Positions 1 through 12,500 of a stretch of 64,000 bases of DNA are shown here, one piece after another. This DNA is from Eledone cirrhosa. Its lineage: Eukaryota. The notes under the pieces are model-generated. The model did not search any database. It was not told where the DNA came from and saw only the letters and a list, made by a program, of their open reading frames with translations. Every line of letters starts with the position of its first letter. Position 1 is the first letter of the stretch. Location: positions 111,724,001-111,788,000 of the forward strand of contig OZ024745.1 of assembly GCA_964016885.1 (NCBI GenBank), read 5' to 3'. A program made the position numbers and the translations under genes.

Positions 1-529
1 CTTTCACCGAAGGTTCCTATCACCATACACGTCCCAGTCATTACCATACTGTCTTATTTTCGAACATAATGTATCTAGAACAACATTATCTAAAGTGTCC
101 TTAGTTATTTTTCAGACAGTAGGGTATGATTTGATGCAAATTTGGCCACCATTTTTAGCGGGTCAAACCGACCGCTTAGAAGCTCCTTCGCTTGTTCGGT
201 ATGTTATAGGTTAATTGTGAAGTATTTTAATCATGGCACCAGCAGATTAATTCATTAGATTAGAAACTAGATTTAGGACAGCATTTTCCTTATAACAAAT
301 CATATGGTAAAATTTGAAGCAGTCTTTTTATACATAAGAACTGATAGCATGTTCGGTGGCTAATGTTCTATCATTACTATGTTTCTTAGAATACATTTAG
401 ATGAGACCTCTCTACCCTGGCCCGTTAATATTTGGCACCCACTATATACGCTGCCTATGATTGTGACGAAGTTTTAAAATTGTTAGAGCTTTGGATTTAT
501 GAGATTTGTTCTAGCTCTCAGCTTTTAAA

Positions 530-715
530 TTCCTTCTTCGCTCACTTATGAGGGCAGAGTCCTCAAACATTCCTTCCAGTGGGTCCTGTCAGATCCTGGC
601 TGGATCCCCAAGTGAGACCAACTAAGCTCATGGCTGTTATCCAACCATCTTGCTCAGGGTCTTCTTCTAGGTCTCCTGCAGGTTGGTTTTGCCTGTAAAA
701 TCTATCCAGTGATTC
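530..715 (-). mobile_element. RTE-like LINE 3' end, (GAA)n-tailed family
   Basis: Homologous to 2435-2700; degraded RP-RWLDN motif; ends approximate. Confidence 0.6.
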
Positions 716-2000
716 ATAAATTCCACTGATGTTAAATCCACCTTTCTGTCAGGGTCAATAAATAAAGTACCAGTCCAGAGTGTGAGGTTGGCGGATTTGT
801 TAGTATCAGACAAGATCCCTTGTGGTATCTATTTCAGCTCTGTGTGTTTTGAATTCAAATGCTACCTTTTATTACTAAAAAAATGGTGACATGACACAAC
901 GAGCCTTTATTATTAAAACACCCAGAAAACAACCTGTAAGATGCAATATCATAGGAGGCCTGCTAAATCAACACAAGTGTGTGTCGTAATAACAATGTAT
1001 ATATACACACACACCTATATATGTATATGGTTGGTATTAGAAACCAAGCTAGAAAGAGTTCTGTATGAGCAAGACACTGTCATCTGATCTGACTTGTCTC
1101 ATAATGGGACAACTGATCTAACTCATGTTAGCATGGAACATGGACATTAAATGGTGATGATGATATATATATATATATACACACATACGTGAAACCATAT
1201 GTGAGATGCTAAGCTCCAGCCTGTATGGGAAATCAGTAGCCCCACTACAGTAGTGAGTTGGTCCGTGAAGACCCGTCCAACCTTTACTAGCAAGGGAAGT
1301 AGACATTAAAAGATGATATATATATACATGTTTATGAACATGAGCATTCAGTTTTTTTATCAACTGAATAGCCTATTTATTGACTTAGCATCCAGAGTGG
1401 TTGAGTATTCCACAAACACGTGTATCCATAATGTGATTCTCAAGAGGAATCCACAGGAGATGGCTGCATCTTTGAATTCCAGGTACACTCCTATCTCACC
1501 AGTTTGATGCATAGGGCTTGAGTTGACCCAAAGCAACACTAAAAGATACCAAGATGCCATGCTGCAGGCAGGACCAAACTCGAGACCTCATGATTGCTAA
1601 GCAAACTCCCTAATAGATGCACATGCATGCATGTATGTGTGTGTGTGTACGTGTGCCAATCAAATGTTTGCAAGTACCCTTCCGTTGTGTTAAAGACAAC
1701 CTATCCTGCGTACTCGTTAGAACCTGCTACCTTACACAAGTGAGATAACAGATCCCTAGCCTGTTTGGTAGGTCTGTAGCCCCACTTCAGTATTGACTTT
1801 GTCTATGTAGACCTGTTCAACTCTTGCTAGCAGGGAAAGCTCGTGTTAAAACAACGATAATGATATATATATATATTACCAATGTATCAAATAAATTGTA
1901 ATGGTTGTGGAGTCTGTCAAAATGATTTAGATAGTAATGCATTAATACACCACCATTAACACCTCTCAGTATCTATCTTTCCTCTTAGTTTAAATAGCCA

Positions 2001-2177
2001 TTAACCTTTTTAATACCAAACTGCCTGAAACCACCTCTGATTTTACAATACAAAGCTGTTTATTTTAAATTGTTTATTATTAGAAAAACTTTCCATGTAA
2101 GAAACTTTATGTTCCAATAAATTAATTGAAAACATAAGTAGTATCTTTCATTAGCAATATAGTAAGGAAAAGGTTAA
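2001..2177. mobile_element. TTAA-flanked MITE, family 2
   Basis: ttaaccttt...aaaggttaa termini; related pieces at ~5930-6191, 19899-20105, ~57350-57830. Confidence 0.55.
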
Positions 2178-2434
2178 AGGAAGTCTGGAATGGAATTGAC
2201 TGATGTTATTGTCAAGAATGTAACATGCAAATCTAAAAAGTCAGTCTTCAATGACGTGGCAATGCTGTTAATGATGGTAACAGTTGATTAGTTCAACCTC
2301 ACCCATTACTTAATTTATCAATTCTGTAAGGATGAAATCCAATTTAGCCCTACAGGATATTATCTCAGAATGTAAAAAGATGTAACTCAATAGCACAGAG
2401 CATTTTGTCTACTGATTCTACCAATCCACAACCT

Positions 2435-2700
2435 TCTTCTTCGCCCCCTTATTCCTGAGAGGGTCGTGGTGGAAGAGTCCTCAAACACTCCTTCCTGCAG
2501 GTCCTGTCAGAAGCAACCGTCTCCAACTGATCCGGCTAGGTCTCCGAGCATGACCAGCCAAGTTCATGGATGTTATCCAACCATCTTCCTCAGGGTCTAT
2601 CCTTGCGTCTTTTGCTGGTTGGTTTTACTCATAAACTCTTTCCAATGATTCTTTTGTGAGACATTCTAACCACATGCCTATAGTATTGGAGCTGTGATCT
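2435..2700 (-). mobile_element. RTE-like LINE 3' end, (GAA)n-tailed family
   Basis: Reverse strand reads RP*GRWLDNIHELGW...ASDR, typical of a non-LTR ORF end; a related + fragment lies at ~39000-39260. Confidence 0.65.
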
Positions 2701-2709
2701 TTTAATAAT

Positions 2710-3060
2710 AATTTCTTAGGCACAAGGCCAGAAATTTGGGAGAGGGATTTAGTCAATTATTTCAGCCTCATTACTGGCAGGATGAAAGTCAATTTCTTTA
2801 GCAGGATTTGAACTATAAATGTAACGAGCTTGAATAAATTCTGATACTGTAGTAATTCTGCCAAACCACCTCCTTAATAATAATAATTGTTTCTACTTTT
2901 GGCACAAGCCCAGCAATTATACCAGTGTATTACTGGTACTTTATTTTATTGACCCCGTAAGGATGAAAGGCAAAGATAACCTTGGCGCAAAGGGCCGTAA
3001 CTCTTTGCTGCAAAGCATGGCGTCCGACCCTCTACCGATACTGCTAAACCACCTCCTTAA
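2710..3060 (-). mobile_element. Two tandem degenerate SINEs
   Basis: Reverse complement of the SINE at 28240-28430 (ggcacaaggccag...tactggtactttatttta), separated by (AAT)n. Confidence 0.6.
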
Positions 3061-4943
3061 TAATAATAATAGCCAAAGAACAGGCCTTTATTCGGTCGCT
3101 CAACCTATTAGTAATAAAAGCCAAATTCCCTCAATTCACACTCTACCACCTTGAAACAGAATGTACATGTATAATACAGTCCTTAAATATATAAAGACAG
3201 GATGGTCATGATTGGAATGCCTTCAGTCATAAGTCTGCTCAATTAGGACCAACCTAAACCACAACTTAATAGTAAAAAGTGAAATCATGTGTAAACAAAT
3301 CATTAATTGGTAGCATTTTCTTAATTTTAAAAACATCTTGAAATGGTGGCATTAAATATTTGACGTGTTTAAATGTTATATTGGATTTTATACTGAACAT
3401 TATGTATATTCATTGATTTCTTTTGGTAAAATGTTTTGTTTATTAGGTCAGCAAGCCGAACTTAAAGTCTGTACACAACTTTGATGATTCCCCAGCTTAT
3501 AGTTGCTTGCCAAGATCATCTAATTAGTGTTGGAGACTAGCACCACATGGTTAATGTCAACACATGGAAGGAGTAGGTTTAATATGATGATATTTATACA
3601 TAATAATAAAATAAAAGGCTGCAAGTTGACAGCCATTAGAATGTTAGTTGGATTTCTTTGCATTATTCATTCTGGCTCCCTGTGCTCAAATCCTTCTGAG
3701 GTCAACTTTGCCTTTCATTCTTTTGAGGTTGATAAAAAAAAGTAGCAGTCTAATACTGGGATCAATTCTTCCTCTATATCTCTTTTTCACTTCCGCTCTA
3801 TCACTTTTCTGGAAGAAATTGGCTGTATTCCGACCAAGATGGGCTCCACCATGTTTAAAATGCCCAAGACGTCATTATGACTCCATCAAGAGTTATGGAT
3901 TCATACATACAATAATGAAATACAGATTCATGTTGCTTAGCCACCCCAGGTCATTCTTGACTGAGCAGACCTACGATCAAAAGCGCTCAAACCATGATTA
4001 ACCAATTGATTGCATGTCCAGAACTACCTCTATTATCCAGTAGCTCCTCCCTTTCCCAAGATGATAGGTGTGTTTTGTGGGAGCTGTGTCTGTTACTTCT
4101 AGTAAATCATGTAACCATATAGCATCTCATTTGCTGGCTTGTTAAAATACTGATATTGAATGTAGGTAAATGTATGATTTGTATTATGCACATCATTATC
4201 ATAGTTTTTTTTCCCCCCATAATACAGAAGTATCATTTAAAGTGTTTATATTTAAATTAAAATCTACCATCATAATTTTATGTAGTAACCTCAGATTAAT
4301 AATTGGATAAGTTAATTACTTCACTAAATCAATATGATCTAATTATTCTCAATTAATTCCAATCCAATTAAAATACATGAGCAATATATTTTATTTGAAA
4401 TAAAATCAGGAAAGAGTTAGTAAAAGTGAAAATATATACGTTGCACTTCACAAAATTTCCATCAATATTTTGACGCACTAAAGCATATTTACTCATACTC
4501 ACAATGAACAGACATCATCGTGATGACTCTGAAATTTTGCATTGACTAGACTGGAAGCATTATTTATTTTTTTTTTTTTTTCTTCTATTTCGCTCACTTG
4601 CAATATTTTCTAGCTAACTCAAGTAAATTTAGAGTAACCATATGTGTGATGCTAAGTTTTAGAGAAACTGTGTGTGTGGAGAGAAAGCTGTTTAGGATAA
4701 ATTGCAGCTCTTTGTATTTATAGTTTAGAAGTTGTGAAATTTAGGTGCTGTATGATAGACAAATATCTTGTATCTTTAAATCTCTTTAACTCTGTCTTTC
4801 TCAGCAAGACATACTATTTTGTTTATTTAGTCTAATTATAAAATAGTCTTCATTTCACAATTGATTTCTATATTAAAGCATATCCCAGTATTTCTAGAAC
4901 CATTACACTTACTATCATTGTGAAAGGTGAATAAAATCTAGCA

Positions 4944-5137
4944 TTAACTCTAGTGTTTACATTACTCTATATTTACTATTATATATTCATAGTAAAGGCT
5001 TTACTTCACATAATATCGAATGTATGAGATTTTGACATTATTTATGTTGAGAACACTACCTTAACATCAGTATGAGTGGCTGGTTTGAACAGAAAGAGGT
5101 GAGAGAATTCTGGCCGGTTTAAATGCTAAAGGGTTAA
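4944..5137 (-). mobile_element. piggyBac-like MITE, family 1
   Basis: TTAA ends with TIR ccctttagcattta; about 10 copies in this window. Confidence 0.8.
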
Positions 5138-6233
5138 ACATAGCTGTACATTTTACATAATGGAAAAAAACTATCTATTTTCCAAGGTTGAAAATATGCA
5201 GTGTAAACTAATTATTTTCTGAGAGCTAACATGTCTTAGGAAGCTGCAATTTTTCTGATTAATGAGTATAAACAGCTGCAAATGACAGCATGAGTATCAA
5301 ATGTTATAGGAGATAAGAACAAATAAATATGTTGGAAATATCATACTAATTATGATATATTTAACTCTGTTCTGGTCACTTAATGAATTAGAAATTCATT
5401 TTTGTGTGCTGATGACCATCTTTGTTCTTAATTATATGTAATTATATTTACTTAGGTGTATAATCATGCTTATGATAAAATATTTTTGATGTTTCAACTA
5501 AAGTTACATTTTGCTTATCTTCCCACAAGGCAGTCATTTGAAGTTCAAATAGAATAGTTTGTAGTATTCGTTTCCATTCTCTGCACTCTGGGTTCAAATC
5601 TTGCTGCAGTCAATTATGCCTATTGTCTTTCCGAGGTCGATAAAAAAAATTTACCAGTCCAGTACTGAGGTTGATTCTTCCTCTATATTTCTATCACTAT
5701 CTTTCCTTACTCTAGAAGAAATTAGCCATATTCATATCTGGAGAGGGGATGCGCTGTGCCAGGCTTAAACAAAATGCCCAAGAAATACTGTCACTACAAC
5801 ATTCCTACAATTCTCCCAGGAGTTATGGGTTCATACACACACATCTTCCCATATCAAATAAGCAAATAATGCTTACTATTTTTTTTTTTTATATTATCTT
5901 CTACAATTTTATGAATAGCTAGTAAATTGTTTAGCATTGCTTTACTTTTTTATTACCATATTTCTGATAAAAGACTATGATTTGCAAATCATTTTCAAAA
6001 TATTCAAGAATTTGGTAAGATTTAGTAAAATATCTTTCTTAGTATTAAACTGGTGTTTGGAGCATAACCTAATGAAGTTTCTTACATAAAACTATGATGG
6101 AAGGTTATTAGATAAATGCAAACATTTTAAAAACAATTTTGTGTCATAAAACGAGTGACAGCTTCAGATGATTTGCTATAAAAAGGGTTAATATGTGATT
6201 TTTATTAAATATTTTCAGATTCTACATTGAATA

Positions 6234-6502
6234 ATGTCTCGACTTAGTAGCAACAACCTCGGCCCAGCTACTGGTTGTAGTAATTCTACTCCAGGCTCTG
6301 GTAATACATCAAATTACTATGGCACAAGCTTCCGTGAAAAAATGAAACAAATGTCCAGGCAGGAGCAAATCATTGAAGAAAAGAAGCGCAAAATACAACA
6401 GAAGTTAGAAGATGAAATGAAGAATGTGTCTTCCGAGAATAGACCAGACAGCAGTGGTTCTCCACCTGGAACTAATCCTGCTGATAGGTTTAAATCAAAA
6501 TT
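6234..6502 (+). CDS. SUGP1: SUGP1 coding exon 1
   Basis: ttttcag acceptor ends at 6218, ATG 6234, [16 protein letters not shown], donor gtaagt at 6503. Confidence 0.85.
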
Positions 6503-9500
6503 GTAAGTTGACATTTATAAGGCTTTTGACCTTTCATTTTTTTAAAAATCTTTTTAATTCATCAACAAATGACAATCAGATTTTTTAAAATTCAATCATA
6601 TTTATTCTTTTAAATGGGTGTTGTTTATAAATGGCTGTGTGGCTTTGGGCTTGATCCTACTGCGTGGCACTTTGAACATCTGCTATAGGCTAGCCTTAGA
6701 CAGACAGATAACTTGTGACTGTAATTTGGTAGAAAAAATACTGTGGAAGCTTGTCATATTATTCTCATTAACACTGCTTGGGCAGCCAGTGACATATGTT
6801 TATAAGCTATATAAACAATATGTTCTGCAACTCAGTAATTTCATGTGTGAAGATTAGTTATCATCATCATCATCATCATCATTTTACTTCCGCTCTTCCC
6901 TGCTTGCAAGAGTGGGACAGGTCTTATTCAGCACAGCATCTCTCCACTTGTCACGGTCCTTCGTCATCTCCACCGTGAGTTTCAACGATCTGAGGTCTGT
7001 TCTCACCACCTCCGCTCATGTTTTTCGTGGTCTACCTCTACCACGTCTTCCTTCAACTAGCATTTCCTGGCACATCTTCACCCATCGGTCATCCTCCATG
7101 CGCATCACATGTCCATACCACCTCAGTCTCCTCTCCCATACACTACATTCTATCCCTCTCAGACACAGTTTCTCTCTCAACACATTCATGCTGGGTCGTT
7201 CACGCACATTTACACTGCACATCCAATGGAGCATGCTTGCCTCATTTCTCTCCAGCCGTTGCATATCCTCTTATAGTTATATAAGCATCTTACGGGGGTG
7301 TATTTTGTTAGAGATGGCTACCGACTGTAGTAGGTTTTACTATGTATTTAGGTAAGGCGGGTCTTCTCTATTACTGAGTACCGCCAAAGGTCTCGGTCCA
7401 GTGACATTGTCTTGGAGAGGTGTAAGTGTGTGAGGTCGGAGTTTATCAGCTCGTCCCAGGTTTTTCTAGGTCTGCCTATTCCGTGGCTACCGTCTATCTT
7501 TATTGCCCTGCACTTTGTTATACAGCTATTGACTTTCATGCGCGTCACGTGTCCATACCAACGTAGCCTTCTCTCGAGTAAACAACATCTGATCCCTCTT
7601 ATTTCTAATTTTTTCCTTAGTTCGTTTATGCTTTGCCGTTCACGTATATTACTATTACACATCCAGTGGAGCATGCAAGCTTCGTTCCTCTCTAGTCTGC
7701 GTATATCCTCTGCACACAATGCCCAGGTCTCACTGCCATGCAACATTGCTATTCGTATGCAGGCATCATACAACCTGCCTTTCATTTTTAGAGAGAACCC
7801 TTTAGCGGCTAATAGTGGTATAAGCTCTCTGAACTTTTTCCATCCAGTTCTGACTCTAGCTACTGTACTTTCAGAGCACCCTCCCCCACTGCTGATTTTG
7901 TCACCCAGGTAACGGAAGCTGTCCACTATTTCTATAGAGCCCTCTGCGCAGTTGAAAGAGCTAGTATTTTGTGGGCACTTGCTGCTACTTATTGCACCAG
8001 AGCACCGGCCACATGTGAAATCTATGTTCTTAGCTTACCTGTGATCCCACTACATCTTTTATGCACCCATACTTTGCATTTCTGACACAAAATGGAGTTT
8101 CTACCTACGATTTTCCTACACACTGAGCATGGCCACTTCCCAGAAGGGACCGCCGCCTTATTTTCTTTCCTACAAACTAGAACTTTGGTCTTAGCCAGGT
8201 TAATTTTAAGGCCTTTTGATTCTAGGCCGTGCTTCCATGTTTGGAATTTCTTCTCTAGCTCGGCCATTGATTCAGCTATGAGTGTTAGGTCGTCTGCGTA
8301 TAGGAGTTCCCATGGGCAGCCGGTCTTGAACTCCTCTGTTATAGCCTGAAGGGCAATAATAAATAGTAGGGGGCTGAGAACAGAGCCCTGATGGACGCCA
8401 ATTTTTACGCTAAACTCTTCACTATATTCGTTGTTAATTCTAACCTTGCTGACTGTTTCTTTATACATGGCTTGTATAGCTCTCACAAGCCATTCGTCGA
8501 CACCTAGTTTTCTAAGAGCCCACCAGATAATGGAACGGGGGACTCTGTCGAAGGCTTTCTCCAAGTCGACAAAAGCTAAGTATAGGGGTTTACTTTTAGC
8601 TAGGTACTTCTCCTGTAGTTGTCGTACAATGAAAAGAGCGTCTGTGGTACTTTTGCCTGACACAAACCCGAACTGCATTTCATCTAGGTCAATTCTCTCT
8701 CTGATTAGTTGCGCTATTACTCTTTCCGTGACCTTCATGACCTGGTCGATTAATTTAATGCCTCTATAGTTACTCCTATCTAGGGCATCTCCTTTACCCT
8801 TATAACAGTTAACGATGATGCTGCTACGCCAGTCCTTCAGAACAACCCCATTCTGTACGACTTGGTTATGTGTCCCACTGTGCCAGATGCCTTCAGCATC
8901 TCAGCAACTATTTCCGAAGGCCCAGCTGCCTTACCCGTCTTCATATCCTTGATTGCCTTACTTATTATACTACCCTCGACTAACACTGCTGGTCCCTCTA
9001 TTGGGTCGATGTGGGGGAGACTGTCTTTCTCCCATTTATTCTCCTCATTTAGTAGCCTTTCGTAGTGACACTTCCAAGCTACCTTCTTATCAGCGTCGGT
9101 GATGGCAAGTACGCCGTCATCATTAAGTACACACTTCTCCCCGACAATATCACGGTTTTCCTTGACACATTGCCTAGCAATCCTGAACAACTCACGTTTT
9201 TGGTCCTCGTGTTGTAGAACATGCTTGAACTTTCTTTCCTTTGCTTCCCTTCTTGCAAGGTACACTTGTCTCCTAGCTTCCCTCCTGGCCACTTGATAGT
9301 CTTCTCTACTTCCCCCATCCCGCCATACTTTCCAAGCCTGCTTTTTGGCCTTAATTGACCCCTCCACCTTACTGTTCCACCACCATGTTACTCTCCTCCT
9401 GCCTACAGGCCTGCTCCAGCCGCAGACTTCGTCTGCCGCCATCAGCAGGTTTGCTTTCAGGAATTCCCACTGCTCCTCTATATTGTACGACTCTAATTGC

Positions 9501-12500
9501 TCTTCCTTACTGTCGAAAGCATCAAGTAGTATGCTTTTAAATTTATTTCTGGCTGTGGGGTCCTTTAGCTTCCATATTTTTCTCCTGAGGATAGTCCTCT
9601 TCAGTTGTCTAGTACGTCTCGTCCTGACTATTAGGTCGCTAATTATCAGTATGTTGGGAGGTTCATTCTTCATGGGGGAGGGATTTAGTTTTTACAACAG
9701 ACACTCTGTCACGATAAACAATCTATTATTAAAGCCATTGAGGGAGTTAAGAACTTTGAGTAGTAAGTTAACCTAGAGTTAACAGCTTCAACACATGTTT
9801 TTAACAAAAAAGAGTCAAAAAGTTGTGTTGAAGTTGTTAACTAAAAGTTTATATATATATATTTCATCATCATCATACATCCCCTTTCCTTGCTTGCATG
9901 AGTTGGACAGGTTGTTTCACTTTGAGACCAGACATATTTCATTATTAGCATGAGTGTATTTTCCGTGACACCAGTACTAACCACTTTATAGGGGCTACTG
10001 GGTGTATTTTATCATGGCACCAATGCTAAAACATTTGTCACATTGCTAGGTAAAAACTGAAGAGGCCATTCAAACTCTATATTGTCTCCATATGACTTTG
10101 ATTGCCAAACACTGTAGCCTCCGGCCTCTCACCGTGTTTAGTTTTAGTGTCATGGTGCTTGTACTGGTGGGTGTATCTTTTGTATTTTGGCATATCACCT
10201 GTCATCTCAGTTCTGTGTCATCTGCTTTGTGAGGTTCAGTTTCTTGAGGTCATTATTCCCAACTTTGCCCTGTCTTCCTTGGTTTCCCTCTTCCACAAGT
10301 TCTATCCCCCTCAAGCGTTCAGTACTTCTTTTTTTATACAGCTCTGGTTCATCAAATAACCATACCAATACAATCATCTCTCTTGCACACTAAATTCAAT
10401 TCATCTTATATTCAACTTTTCTCTTGGCTTGTGCTCTGTCATTCACGCACACTAATATTACACACCCAGTGAAGCATGCATGCTTCATTTCTTTTTAGTC
10501 CTTGCAAATCTTTTATATTCAAAGCCCACATCTCACTGCCTGGCAACATTGCAGTTCAAACACATGTATCATATAATCTGCTCTTACACTGTTTTTACTT
10601 TGACTATAAGGGTACCCCAATCTGTCATCTGGTGGTCCCTAAGGAAACTAGGTGTTGAGGAATGGCTTGTGAGGACAGTGCAAACTTTGTACAGAGGTAC
10701 TCTCAGTAAAGTCAGGGTAGGAATGGAGTTTAGTGAGGAATTCCAGATACAAGTAGGAGTACATCAGGGTTCGGTCCTCAGCACGCTCTTGTTCATTATA
10801 GTCCTCCAAGCCATAACAGAGGAGTTTAAGATTGGCTGTCCATGGGAACTTCTCTATGCTGACGATCTGGTCCTTATAGCAGAATCAGTAGAGTAGCTAG
10901 AGAATAAATTCTGGCTATGGAAACAGCAGTTGGAAGCAAGAGGACTGAGAGTGAACCTAGCGAAGACAAAAGTGTTGATGAGTTGAAAAGAGGACAAAAC
11001 TCTAATTACGTCGGGGAAATGGCCATGTTTGATATGCAGAAAAGGAACTGGCATAAATTCTATAAAATGTACACAATGCAGATCTTGGGTATACAAGAGA
11101 TGTAGTGGGATAGCAGGCAAACTAACAGGTAGGGTGAAATACGTATGCAGTAGATGTACAGGGAAATTAGACAGTAGAAGTCGCATTGATAGACACATTT
11201 TTCAAATGCAGGAGGGTGCTATAGAAGTGGTGAATAGCTTCCGGTACCTAGGAGATCAGATTAGCATGGGAGAGGGAGGGGGTGTTCCGAGGTCATAGTA
11301 TGTAGAATGACGGGTTGGAAGAAGTTTAGGGAGCTGCTGACGAAGAAGGGTTTCTCCCTGCGTACGAAAGGCCGGTTGTATGATGCCTGTGTGAGGAGCG
11401 TGATGCTGCATGCTAGTGAGACATGGGCAGCAACTGCAGAGGATATGCGACGGCTGGAGAGAAATGAGGCAAGCATGCTCCGTTGGATGTGCAATGTCAA
11501 TGTGCGTGAACGACCCAGCATGAATGTGTTGAGAGAGAAGCTATGTCTGAGAGGGATAGAATGTAGTGTGCGAGAGAGGAGACAGGTGGTATGGACATGT
11601 GATGCGCATGGAGGATGACCGATGGGTGAAGAGGTGCCAGGAAATGCCAGTTGAAGGAAGACGTGGTAGAGGTAGACCACGAAAAACATGGGCGGAGGTG
11701 GTGAGAACAGACCTCAGATCGCTGAAGCTAACGGTGGAGATGACGAAGGACCGTTATAAGTGGAGAGATGCTGTGCTGAATAAGACCTGTCCCACCCTTG
11801 CAAGCAGGGAAAAGCGGACGTAAAATGATGATGATGATGACATAACACTTTTGATATATCCACTTCCACTACTAATTAGATCACCTTCATAGCAAAAGTT
11901 TTCAAAATTTTATTACTCTTACTCTTAACTACTACTGTGCACATGCCATTTATGAAGCCTACCCTCTCTGTTACCTTAGATGAGATCCCACTATATCTCT
12001 TGTATGTCCACAGTTTACACTGAGTAAACCATATGGAGTTCCTACCCGTTCTTTCTCTACATATTGAGCACCGCCGTTTCATTGTTGGTAGCAGGCTTTT
12101 ATCCTTTTTCCTTCTTACTAAAATTTAGTCTTCGTTTGGTTTACTTTGAGGCTCTTTGATTCTAGATTTTCTCTAGTTCTATTGTTTTGGTTATGAGAGC
12201 TAGATTATCAATGCATTTGAACTCCCAGGGACAACTTGTTTTGAGTTCCTCTTTTATAGCCTGGAAGACAAATAAACTGAGCCATCACCCTCCATCTAGT
12301 TGAGACCTTGCTCCATCCATAGCACTCATCTCTAACCCATAGTAGGATGTCTTGTTGAAGTTTCCAGGTGCTCTCTATGTTATATGTATCTAATTCCTTA
12401 TCCTCCTCCTTGTCAACTGCTTCCTTCAGTATATCTCTAAATCTTTGTTTGATGGCTCTTTAAGCATCTATATCTTTCTTCTCCAGACCATCTTAGGCTT

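Noticed and set aside
7412-9776. Long + strand ORFs (7412, 8431, 9345; similarly 36974 and 37791)
   Set aside because: Antisense shadows of RTE reverse transcriptase coding sequence
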